DNA from: Balanoglossus misakiensis
Lineage: Eukaryota > Animalia > Hemichordata
Direction of reading: 5' to 3'
Assembly (NCBI GenBank): GCA_040954595.2
Contig: CM082593.2
Span: 5,783,434-5,847,433 of the forward strand
Length of the DNA stretch: 64,000 nt
Below the pieces are notes generated by a model. The model had not been told where the DNA came from. It saw nothing but the letters and a program-made list of their open reading frames with translations, and did no database searches. This document shows, piece after piece, positions 21,801 to 34,900 of the stretch. Position numbers and translations under genes: made by a program. How positions within the stretch are numbered: the first letter of the stretch is position 1; each line of letters begins with the position of its first letter.

Positions 21801-24800
21801 TTTTAGTTTCGTTGTTTAAGAAATATACCAGGTCAATAAACTTTTGCTGAAATTCACATGCCGTAAGTTCCTCTTGCGGTAAGCTACTTTACGGATTCCT
21901 AAACCATGGCTTGTTTTCCAGAAAATTGGAGAGCAATTTTTGTAAACTCGGCTAATTGTATAAAACAGGAGTAGGGGGTGGGGGCATATTAACCAAAGGT
22001 TATCTGCAACAAGTCAGAAAATTTACGCAACAGATTGGAGCAGTCAGAGAAAATTTTTCTGCATGAACACTTTCGTTGGCCTATTATCATATGAAGAACA
22101 ATAGTTACAAGAACATAGCATTTCAAAGACTGTACTTACAAGAAGTTAATATTTACTTGATATCATATAAGATTAAATATAAATTGAATAAAACCAGAAT
22201 TATATCTGATGCCTGCTTGCCCTTTGACCTGATAAAGCCAGGGGAAAACAATGACACGCAAGCAGAAGTTTAAAGAGTCTAAAATGATTACTAGAATATA
22301 CTACAGCACTATGATAGCAAACACTGTTGAGAACAAAAACTTCAACAGACAGAAAATCATCCCCGCATGCAAACTTAAATGCAATTTAAATGAAGTTGGA
22401 TACAGAAAATGATACAAGTTTGAGAAAGAGTAGTACCTTTAGCGTTTTGGAACTTTTGTAGGGATGAAGTGAAGATTTGTCTCATGCTACTGTGATCGAT
22501 GGCAAAGTCACTAGCAACTTTGATAACTTTGTATATATGCAGTTAAAAGCTTTTTACTTATTTTCATTTAAAGGTGAAGATTTTACTAGGGATAAGTGAG
22601 CAGAGTTTTTTCAATTACCAGCAGGTATTCAATGGACATCAAAGATGAAGATTTTTAAATTTTCAGTACTCAGCAATTTGAAGGTTTTCAACCCATCTTA
22701 TTGGCCACATGTTGTAAATATATTCAAATATATGCATGGCTGCAACCATTCATCTCTGAGGGGGGCAGCAGCGCCTATTGGGGGTTGGAGGGTGCAAGTT
22801 ACAGGAGTGATGATTATTAAAAGCACATCTAAGACAAGAGCAAAGCAGGCATATGTACCTCCCCTTCCCAAACCCGTACCGGCGGCATATGCTGCAGCTG
22901 CAGCGGCTGCTGTTGCACTTGGTATGACTGAGGTTGACACCACTTGTTTTGTGTTCTGGTCCTTGGGCGTGGCCTTCTTCACTTCACACTGCAACAAGAA
23001 ACAGGACAATCTGTTACTGTCTTTATTCAAAGGGAGACTGTCATGAACAGGACAATTCAGTGTCAGTTCAAACACCTCAAGTTTCCGATGTTCTATGGAA
23101 TCTATTGGCAAAACACAGCTCAGATGCTTTGACAATAGAAAACAAAACATCTCCAACATTCTACAGTACAGAGTGTGTGTTCCTTTCCAATTGTTTTACT
23201 GGCCTTGGGTTAGCCCATAACTAACCCACTTGGAAACTTAGTCCTGATCAGTACTGTACCAATGCAATGATTCATTCAAGATCTCTCCATCATGACTTAC
23301 TTTGTTATTTCCGAGTTGATGAAACTGTTGTTTGCAAATTTCCTCTACCGCATCCTCTGATTCAAATTCTATAAAACAAAAGCCTCTTCTCTTATTGGTT
23401 GCTCTGTCGATGGGAAGCTCAACTTCCTTGATCTACGAGAAAACAAATCACAAACAATCAGCTACTCTCATGCTAAGTTACCATCCCATAATATTATTCT
23501 AATTAATAAAGCACATCTACATTATTTTATACAAGTACACTGGCACCTAGCAACAATTACCAGTTTTTACTTTTAGTCTTAACTTCCACTAAATGCAATT
23601 TATGTTATAAAACTTAAGATAAAATAAAGGGAACAAGTAAAAAATAAAGTTAAAGTAAAATTGTGAGCATGGCCATGTATTTTTATGGGTTTTGTCTTTT
23701 TGTAAGTGAATGAATTTTGTGCAAAAAATCTGTGATATGAAGAGGTTGACTTTATACTTTTCCTTTATAACAACCAATCACAATTTTTTTTGGCTTATAT
23801 GACCGGATTTAGCTAACATTAGGGGGTGCATGCAGAATATGTATAACAAAAGAAAAAACAAAGCAGTTTAAATCTATCCCATTTATTTGACATTTTAGCT
23901 CTAGTTGTTTGGTTAGTGATTTCTTTGTTGTTGTTGACAGTATGGCCGCTCATACCTCAGTTTGGGAGAGTAACCTTCAGTGTCGTCATAGTAATTGTGT
24001 GTACAGTGATGACAGCTGCCTGCATGACCTTTGAACCTTGGAAGTAAGATTACATAATGGTGTGTTTTAAGGATTCTTGTCACTTCTCAAATCATAATCA
24101 AATTAAATCACTTGGAAACTGATATCTTTGATGTTAACAACTACTCTAGCGACTAAAATGCTATGGGATGATAACTTGAAAAATAAACATGATTATACTT
24201 CCTTAAAATGTTGCATGGTAAAAGTTCATCAAGAAATTATGATGAACAACTTGTATACCATTTATCATGTGTGGTGTCAACATCAAAATAGTTGTCACGG
24301 GCTCATCAAAGTTTCTCAGACAAGATAGAAGTGGTTAAAAGCTATTTTCACAGAGCAGTCTAGTTACGGCAGAATGGATACTGGCATCTCAATTTAAATC
24401 ACAGCTACGAAGACACAAGCCTTCTGTGGCACGACAAATGGTAAATCATAAATGTGTCAATCAAAATGGTTGGAACCTCTAGGCACATAAATTGGCAGAC
24501 ATTCAACGCCTATGACTGGAGTCGTGGTGCGCTGCTAAAACATTCATAGTGACATGTAATAAAGCTTTATGAGAAAGTGTCAAGCTTTCTTGTCATCAAG
24601 AAGACAGCTGTTCTGAATATATCAAATTTGATACGACTGCTCTCACAGAATATTCATTCTTAAACCCCCAAGACACCGATGCACCCCACAATGCCAAATG
24701 CTACCCCTCACTCTTTCCCTGGCAAGTTACATATTTCTATAGGATTATAATAAAATATTATTGGTGGTGGCTGTCGCACTGGGAAGTGCACAAAATTAAG

Positions 24801-26267
24801 AGTCGTGTCAGACCGAAGCTGTTTAAAATCAGCTGTGGATCTCCATGAGTTGTATCCTGACCCCCTTGGGACGTCACTTGTTTTATCACACGCTGCAGCT
24901 GTGATTAATCTACGGCTGCAGATGATTACCACTGCGAGGAACCGGTTCGGAATGATAAAATCCAATCACTGGGGGAACTGAGTTACGAGACGCGCGGCAG
25001 AAACCCCGCAGTCAAGTATATGGGAAATCACTGTCATAAAATGATAAACAAAAAAGAGAGATTGCTTCTAATGTTAGAGCAGAGTGAAAGGAAATGCCAT
25101 GATGTCAAAATTGATTTGATATCGATCTGGCGAAGCGTATCAGTTTAAATGGCTTGGCGTTATCAACGGCAGAAATGGCCACTAAAAGAAGTCTACAAAC
25201 TGGTTATTAGTGCTCCCTTTATTTCCATTTTGACTGTGATTTCCTTCTGGTGCAATAAAGCAACTCCCCCTTGACAACACACCACGTCCCAGGTTCAATT
25301 ATGTGAATCATATAATATACAGACTGGTGTGTATAGCCATTACTGCATACATGTTATTACTCTATTAGTACCTGCACTTAATTTTTGAACTGGATGAACA
25401 AAGATTATATTGACAGCGTTTCTTCTCACTGCAGTATACCCCCCCCTTTTTTTTTACATCACATGGCAAAAGCATTTTCTCTAATATGATCAATCTACAC
25501 CATTGCTCCAAACTATGCCCTCTATGGCTTAATGAGTGAACACCACAGACCCTTATTAGTGGTCCGTACTCTGCCCTCTATGGTCAAAGTGGGTGCAATG
25601 ATTCCCCACCACACATTAACACTGCAGCGGGGCATTTGTGGAATAGGCAAAATAATTGAAGGATTACTTTTTTTATCGGTTCACATGGAAAATTATTTTC
25701 GTAGGTCATTACAGTGAGAAACAAACTGTTTGAGCGGACAGTCGGTGAATTAAAAGTAACAGTGGCCAGTGAAACGTAATGTGTCAAGAACCACGGAAAA
25801 CCGTTTGTGAATAGAATGTTTGTAACCCGACTGTCTTTTCAGACGATCGAAAGATTGTACCCGTACATGAAGAAAGCCAGTGAGATTTGTGGTGAGTGCG
25901 CAAGAAACTTACCTTTCCGTATTTAGTAAAGTATTCCCTGAGTTCACTTTCTGGATATTCTGGATTGAGTCCGCCTACAAAAATTTTTGTAATTGGAGGT
26001 TGTCCGCCCCTTGCCTTAGCCCTTTTGGGATCTATAACCCTACCGTCTAATTTGTGTTCTGGTACCATTAACACCTGTTATGCAGGAGAGAGAGAATAGA
26101 CAGATGGGGAGAAAAGAAAGACAGAAGGAGAAACAGGGTTTGAGAACGAGTTTCCGAAAGGTATGTTGATGTGCGGGGTGAAATTGTCGCCTGAAGACGA
26201 CTCAAGTGCTTGGGAAGAAATTAATAAGACACAAGTGTTCTTTAATGTATGTATGTATGTGGGTACA

Positions 26268-26317
<50 letters not shown>

Positions 26318-29300
26318 CATGCATGTGCACGTGTATGATACAGTATACACTTCCTGTTTTGGAACTGATATCAAATCAAAACACTACAATTTATACGTCT
26401 TCCTGGTAATGCAAAATTGAGCCAAGCGATGGTAATTTTCTTGGATGGCATGGTAGATGGAAAACAGTTTTTTTTGTCCAGTTCTCACAAGTACAATTCA
26501 CTGCCTACGTAACTGAAATTTATATTCATTGCGAACAGAAATCGGAATTTTCTGCTCGCTCCATTAATCCCCAAGTCACCGAAAAGCAAAGTCCGCACAA
26601 GAGAATTCCGCACTGGGATTTTATTTCAGCAGTAAAGAACAAATGGAATGGAAAATATAAATGGGAATTCTAAATGGAAATAATTCACTATGTAGTTTGC
26701 GAGATATCATCATGACAGGAATACAATATACATGGAGAAGTCTAGTCCATGTGATTGTGTGTCAACTGAAAAATTTGAAATCATCAGAACTCCAGTATCG
26801 AAACAGGAGCAGCATCCATTGAAATCAAATTCTGACAAGGAGAATTCCTATTCAGAAGTAGAAGAATAAAATATTACCTTTTCTGCACTTTGTGAATCTG
26901 CAAATAGTACAAAGCCAAATCCTCTTGATCTACCAGTGACTGGATCAATTTTGATGGTACAATCTGTCACCGGACCAAATTTTTTGAAGTATTCTTTTAA
27001 ATCCTCTGCAAGGAGTAAAAAGAAAACAGGAATAATATTTCATGTTGCAACACTCTTCGTTAAGCACTTATAAATCCATTTTTTCCTTCAAAATTAAAGG
27101 GGCAAGTGTAATGCACAGTTGACCTTTCGTTCTCCAATAAACAGATTTCACTTCCTGAGGGGTATTTACGTCAATGTGCAAGCTATTTGTAACAGGAATG
27201 GTACAATTTATATATTGAACAAATCCCCCCCTCCCCACACACACATGGACGGCACTATATCTCAGAGCAATAACAAAATACTTGTGTTTCACAAACATCC
27301 TCTACTTTTTCCTTCCACCGAAGTTCAATTTCATACTTCTAACGGGCAAATCTGCGAAAAAGGCTCTGACAATGTTTCTAACAAAGTATTTGCCTCAAGG
27401 TATGACGTGCACATGTAAAATAACAGAGTACACTGCGTCCACAAGCGGGTGAAACTGCCATGCCGCATGGTAGCAGAGTTTGATGACTACTTGGTTTGAA
27501 TAGCTTGAAGCGGACTCCCGGATCAAAGATTGCATCTCATCAAATATTTATGACAATTAGATTAAAAACACCGCGTGTATATGCTTAACCTTTGCGTCGA
27601 ATCTCAGCAGATGGAATGGAGGCACTCCATGAAGCATTCTAAAGAAGACATTTCATAAATTGTTTCTCGGGGATTACCGCTGGCTATCAATGCAGCAGCA
27701 CAGAAGAAAGCCAATACATGAACAGATTTTTGAAGAACTTTATCCGTTTACACACCTGTCATACCAAAGCACAAATCTCCTTTAAAATGTACCCCCCTCC
27801 CCCTCCTACAGTGGTTTGAGATATGATAGACCAACTTTTACTTGCAAGTTCTTCGTTTTTAAAATCTAAATACCTTTCCTGTGTTCACTCACAGTACGGT
27901 TAGATTCTCTGGGAAATTTTATTCCAGAGTAGGCCTCTTCAAGAATATATTTACATTATCTGACATTTCACGAACAAATTGGTTCAATTTATCTATAATT
28001 TTCCAGTGATGTCTCGTAAACAAGGTACAAAAAGCACAGACTTTTTCCATATTTCCCCCCATGTTAATTTTTGCTTGTCATATTAGACTCCCACACTAAA
28101 CATACTATCATTATCTTCCAGACAACAATATTGTAACTTGCATCAGAGTTATTTCAATGTAGGACTGGAAGCTCTCAAAAAGAGACAATTTTCCGCAATT
28201 TTTGTCCGCTCATAGCTAGTCATGATTTCTTATTGTCCTGAAAATATCACAGTAAATGTCAAGGCTCTTATCGATCTGGAACTCATCAAGATTGCTGCAT
28301 TCATCTCGCAGCTTTTAAAAAAAAATATGGAAGCTGTTGTTTTCACAATTACTGTTGTGGCATACAGTTCTGATCAAAACATGAAATCCCAAAGGCTTCA
28401 CTCGTTGCCCACTCATTACTTTCCCAACCACCAACGTGCCGTATGCCTCGCGCATCTTTCCTTCCGGGCCCCCTGACGATACACAAACTCAGAGAACGCT
28501 CTGAAGCCAATGGAATAACAGCATTTATGAAAAGCATAATGAAGCAATAACAACCCACTTTCCCCAAAAGTCAGATGTAGAAATGATGACACAGACGCAC
28601 AACAAATACGCGTAACAAACCGACAATTTCGAGCGACCAACTCTTTTTAGGGTCAGGAGCAAGAACGTGCAGTTCTGCGCGCAACTCAGTGGCTAAGATG
28701 GTGTTGTTGAAGTTGTGGGTTGAGTCTTGCCAGTTCCCGGACGAGAAAAATCACCAGCAAAGGAGACTTACTTTGTGACTCACTATGGTCCAACATGCAC
28801 GTATACCTTTCAGTTCGACTTTGCAAGTAACCCTATATTCTCAAAACACTTGTCCTCGTTTACAGATTTGTGACAGCAAAGCTTTCCGTGCATCAGACAA
28901 GCCACAATGATGTTCTAGCAAGTACTACAACTCCCAAATGATTTCTTCCCCCAGCCTACACTGACAATCGACTTCAACCAAGTTGATACATGTATCAGGA
29001 ACTCCTTCGGTCATGATGAATTGAGTTATGACAATTATTTCATACATGACTGACTCCACTAACAAGCGCAGATGCCTCCATAATTTCTCTCACGGACCTC
29101 CCACTTTATTCTATAATTCACTCTAGTCACTCATTCCCGACGGACTCGTTACCACATCACAAAAAAGACTATCTCAAGATCACAATGATTACAATCTCAT
29201 TTCCCTCCCCGTTTATTCAAACACAGAATCTCCAGGTCTGATTTCTGACCCTCGTAACAGCCCCTGTCAACTTTTCACACTTCCTATTGAACATCATTTA

Positions 29301-31913
29301 ACGTCTGCTTGCCTGACTAGATAAACTACATGTACAACCGCAGCTGATGTGGTATGGGGAAATGCCACGACCACTGATTGGCTGAAATTGAGCGCTCCCA
29401 CCTGGCTGTTTTCTTTGAAAAGAGACGATCCACAGAAAAATACCTCAATCAGTAAATTACACCACAACCCAATATACCAGTGTGATACGCTGTATGAAAT
29501 AATGCAGCAGCAAAAAGTATCATTACAAGGAATCTAATACCGCCGAATACCTGAAATATCATGGTCATGGCTGTATGTTGCACTGCTCATTCACCAAAGG
29601 CCACGACTCTGTTTCCTTCCCTTTTCCCCCACTCTCTATTTTCCGTCACAAACAATTACGGCGCTGGCTCTAACTTTTACAGGCTCGCACCATTTTCGAT
29701 TTGCGGAATCAATTCCCCGGAGTGAGAGCTTTCCATATAGTAATTCCCCAACCAATTTTGTCAGTAGCAGATACGCCGGCATTAGTATATTTGCCAGGTG
29801 AACTCTTGACATCGCAACCTGTGTAACCGTCAATCCGGAGTAAAAAACCTTTAAACACGGCATTTGTTTTTACATGGACGCTTTAAACATATATGCCGAC
29901 GCATGGAAAATTTAAATGCAACATTGATCCACCTTCCTGTAAGTGTAACTTCTTCAAAAGACCGATTTTGACTTAAACTATTGGTTCTACTTTGTGTGCT
30001 TGGGATAAACTGCTGTTTGATATCAATGTGAAATTGAGATTATAAATAGATGATTCAGATCTGCCCCAATGATTTAGAGCATACTGACTAGCTGTTGAGT
30101 ACCTCGTTTCCTCATTACTTCTCTGTGTTGAGGATGCGAGCTCATACTTCAGAGTTTAAGAGCAGAACTGCCCCTATGCTTGTTATCAAACTTTGCATGT
30201 CGAAAGGATTTCCTGGATTCTATAATAAAACTGCCACAACAGAGAGCTGCCACCTACGACCTTTCCCCAGGAAACCGCATAAGTAACCAATTAGGATTAT
30301 TTGCAGAGGAGGCAACCGGGAATCTGAGTGGCACTGATAGCGCTGCACTAATTAGTCTGAAACCATGATGATAAAATTGGTCAGTTTCTGAAAATTACAA
30401 ACATCTAGAGGCGAGATGGGATTATATTCTGTAAAAATAGGAGCCACACATTCTGTAGTGTGTGCAGCATTTTTCAATAGAACACATGACCCAAAAACTC
30501 TTTTCAGCAAAGTGCACTAGCTTTGATTAAACATAGTTGTGGTAAAAAAAAATGGCAGGTTTGTCAAGGGTTTAAGAACATCAACATAGGGAGCCCTCTC
30601 ACTGTAGTGAGTTGTCTACCATTTACCCATAATGCAATTCAGATCTGACCCCCCAGCATGCAACAAAAAAGCTATTTACAGCCCTGAGAATTTCCCCATG
30701 ATCATTGCTGCCAAAAAATGTCAAAACATTGCATTTCACAGTCATTCCACTTCATTTTTGGTATCTTCAATCTGCATCATCTGGCTGTTTTCGGCTGAGC
30801 AATGCCCTCATCTTTAATTTGATGCAGACACTGCATTATTTATAATGACAGAATGTCAGTGCACCGGATATTATTTACCTAGGGCTATACTTTGTGGACG
30901 ATTTCTGGAACGAACTCTTCTCTGTATTATTCATTTCTTTTACTCATCTCGCCTTCAGGCCATTCTACCCTACACATGTCTAGGAGTAACCTGCCCCAAA
31001 TATGACTTTTGCTGCACTGTTCTTTTCCCAGAAACACAGGAGAACAAAGTCAAGAATCTTGAAAAAAAAAACTTGATCTATCAAAAAGTGCTTTCAACTG
31101 GGAGGGTCATCAACTATACTAGGACTTTCAATCACACCCAGTTGCTTTATTATACTGGAAAAGCAGTTCCATTTCATCTGGGTTTACAATTTTGATATTT
31201 TCTTTGCTTGGTGAAGCTTCCGAATTAAATCTGAGCGAAACGGACAGACGGATGTGTGCCGCAAAATGATCAAGTTGATAAAGATACACCTGAGGGAAAT
31301 CACCGATATTACCTCAAACGCTGTTTTCCTCGTTTTGCCCCCAAACAGGCTCAATCACTCCACCATCTGCTCTGTTGGTTATCATTTGTTCATAAATATT
31401 TCAATTTTCCACATCAATAAGCTTTACTTTCAAACAAAGTATACTATCTCCTCGTGCAGACTGTATCTACTTGCAACTTCCCAGTTTCATAAGGACACAG
31501 GAAGACGATTTGATCAGGATTTGATGCAAAGTGTCCGCTGCATGTTTCTTTCACTTTGCTGATCTAAGATATTGGCCGTTAGGTATTTTTCATAACAGTG
31601 ATATATTTACCCATCACCAACACTTGCATCTTGCATCCAGCTGCAACATGATGATGAATTCACACTTCTACACATACACAACACCTACTGCCATAACATA
31701 TGCCAAATCTCTCCTTTCATTTTCTGGGGACACCTCTCTAAACACTGTTACCGTGCTTTCTAAGAGAGGAGGCCAGAGAATGGAACAAGAGATATTCCAC
31801 ATCCTGTTTCTTTTAGATGTAAGTAAAAAACAGTAACTAAGCACTACAGAAATAAGGAAAATGGTCACTTACTTACTGACGTTTCCCAGCTGAGGCCCCC
31901 AACAAAAAGTTTC
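18857..31913 (-). CDS. HNRNPD: hnRNP D/AB-family (squid/AUF1-like) two-RRM RNA-binding protein, 5'-partial; exons 31913-31873, 27005-26878, 26074-25913, 23432-23301, 22988-22859, 20919-20884, 20089-19748, 18924-18857
   Basis: RRM1 reads [48 protein letters not shown]...[16 protein letters not shown] and RRM2 reads KIFVGGLNP...[19 protein letters not shown]...CEVKKA, both typical of hnRNP D/AB/squid. The C-terminal PY-NLS is [19 protein letters not shown]. Phases are consistent (1039 nt in window). Orthology to vertebrate D/AB/DL is likely one-to-many, so the symbol is family-level. Confidence 0.9.
26272..26314. repeat. (GT)~21 microsatellite
   Basis: Directly visible perfect dinucleotide run, preceded by (TATG)n. 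Confidence 0.95.
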
Positions 31914-34900
31914 CTGTAAGAGAAAAGAAATATTTTGAGTGATATGCTCCAATATGTGAAAAGAGAGATTAAACTGTTATTCGCAATGACTGGTAGCCTT
32001 TTCTCTGACTGTGTACATCTTACATTGATATTTATCAATACTGGGAAGATTATAGAAATGTTTAAGGACGTATGTATACACCACTCTAAGAACATTGAAT
32101 TGGCCTCTTCCCGTAGGAACGCAATGAAAATTGCTATAAACCCACTTCTTGTTATTTTTAAGTAATTTCTATCAACTATGACATTTTTTTCCGATCGCAA
32201 TACTCAAGCAGTCGCCTGAACTTCTGATCTCTGAACCATCTACCTTTGTAAGACAACCATGCCTACTTCCTCTCAATTCTTTTGAGACGGTATTTGTACA
32301 TCATTACCAGTTACTGTCATGAGAGGATCAGACATTACTGCATTGAAGAGATGATGAGGAGGTGGCTGGGGAGAGAGGGGATCTTGATTATTAGTCTAAA
32401 CGCAGAGTAAATCACGATGAGCTTCCAGACTGCGCAATCTATGGTCAACTGTTTACACGGGTACCGCGTTCTGCCACTTCACATAATTATCAGAAGTGAG
32501 CACGCGACTGGTGAGATATTGAGCTTGAACGATTGTCTGCTCACAGAACGATGTGCGGGCGGGAATAATGAACAGCTGACTGTTATGTTACCATAGTAAT
32601 CAATGAGAGAGAACTTGACATGAATCCATTTAACCACAGTGAGCGCGCTTTATATTTCATTTTCAGATCTTTAACTATCGTTCCTGTCAGGCTAATTGCT
32701 CAAATCTCTGCAGATGGAAGTACGCAGCAGCAACCCGGAACAATGCCAAACTGACCTCCAAACAAGTTTTATGGCTACATTTGCATCGAAGGCATTTAAT
32801 TTTAGTGCCCATGGAGTGCGCTATTTCATTAGAATGACTTGTTCTTGAGTGCAAATTGGAAATATGGGTTTTCAATCACCATCCATGTGTACTAGGTCAT
32901 GTGTACATGCATACATTAGCAGAACTGTGCTGTACATTTACGTAGTATGTCCTTAGCACGAACCAGCAACATTGAGTAGTGAATCTCGCCTGACACTGAA
33001 CCTTTGCATAGTACTATATACTATATTTGAGCTGCCAACAAGGTGGCAGTGAGCGAGTTTCACACAACACACATGGCTAGTTTCCTTCACCTAACATGTT
33101 CCATTTCAGAGACATAAAAGCAGAACTCCCACTGAGAAGCTACAAGGACATAAATTATCACCTTCTAAATAAAGATAATTACTGCGTGTCCACTGGTTAT
33201 TTGTGTAATTACTGAATGGTAACTACCAGTAATGTACTGGAGCAGTTACGTCACCAATGTCATGTATCCATCTTACATTATGGGTCTTAAGAAAACAAAC
33301 TTGCTTGGCATTTACTGCACAGTGAGAGGCAGGGTGACACTGATGACCTGGGGTTGAGTGACTATCACTTGTTACAGTTCTGAAACACAGCCAGACGCTG
33401 CATTCCTGGCATACAGTTCTCAGTGAGAATGCCTGCTAGGTATTTGGTTTGAGTGAGCAGACCGCTGCTGTTCCAAACATCATCTTGAATGATGCAAGTG
33501 TCGGTCTTTGTCTGAATGAAGCAACTCGGAATTTGGAGAGAAACAAAAAACGGTGTCCATGACGGGACTTCACCAGCTATGTTTTTGAAAACTGCTTCAT
33601 CAACTTCGTTGAATTTTAAGAGTGATCGAGTGACAATGTCTTTCTTTTCCCCAGTCATTCCCATGTGTACGTTTTTCCCCCAACACATCACGTCCGCCCG
33701 CAAGGTGACCTTCTATCGCAGCCGCTGCATGCAGATAACCTAAACACACAAAACAGGGATCCAACTAATTAAACCCTCCTAACCTCTATTCCCTGGGGTT
33801 CGCCCTTTCTCCACACGGAAAATGATGGGAATGTGCTTGCTCAGTGCAACTACACTATGAATGACAGACTGCCGCACCTCGTGTGTGCACTTACAACCCA
33901 CTATTGCAGCTGAAGCCATCTTGCATACAACACGTACAGCAGACCTCAAAATCTTAACTGAACTCAACTAGTCATCCTGTGGTCTGAAACGCCAATCATG
34001 TTTTACACAGGGGATAATTAAAGTAGCAATTTTCCTGTTTTCAAATCTGGATGAAATAGCTATAAAGAGACTACTCAACTGATCTCATTAACCACTCCAG
34101 GGTTCTACCACACACCAAGCTACCAATTAGCACAGCAAACTATGGTTTCTTGCAAGGGGCAGGGTCAATCAAATGGTATGGAAATTGTATTAATTTTACA
34201 AACTCTGACAAATGATCAAAACCTCATAGGCCTGACTAATACCTGAAAGCAGCAGCCTATTATCATACAAACTAAACACGAAATTGCAAAGAAATAGTCA
34301 TTTGTACAAACGCACATATGTTACACATTTTTATGCACAGATGGGAAAGTACATTATTGTTCCATGATGTACCATAAGCTGCCATCTATGAAATTATCCT
34401 TGATGCACACGTGCACCAAAAACCATACGTTCAGGCTTGTTGGTTATCACCAGACACACAAATATTGAATACAAAAACCATTTTTTTCTCAACATACATG
34501 TATCCTGCATAGATGCAACAAAAACAGGAAGCCATAAACACTTCCCACATGACATCTCTCTTGACCGCACTCCAAAAATAGAGTAACCATAACAACATAT
34601 ATTATGCAAGTCACTGTCACCATGGTTATCCGGTGAGAATTTGTGCAGGCTGTTTCTACCGGTGATAAAAATGGTTGTGATTAGTAATGAAATCAGATGA
34701 CCTCTAAAACAAGACCAAGTAGGTGATAATCTGAACTTTGTAATCAGTGACAGGACAAACAGCAGTGTGGTTTGCATCAGACAATTTAGGACGGCCCTAC
34801 ACAGATGATAGAAGTCAGATTTCTCAGTATTCTTTGCACGATCACTTGCATACGGATGTAATCAAGTTACTGACATCATGCTTTACGACTGAACCTGAAT

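Noticed and set aside
26078-26420. ORFs with CVCVCV / HTHTHT runs
   Set aside because: They are translations of the (GT)n microsatellite.
28681-28735. tRNA or tRNA-derived SINE head (A-box-like CTCAGTGG, B-box-like GGGTTGAGTC)
   Set aside because: The boxes are degenerate, no cloverleaf forms, and there is no second copy in the window.
18857-31913. Musashi/DAZAP1/Hrp48 identity for the RRM gene
   Set aside because: The RRM signatures ([38 protein letters not shown]) and the C-terminal YGK...PY match hnRNP D/AB/squid instead.
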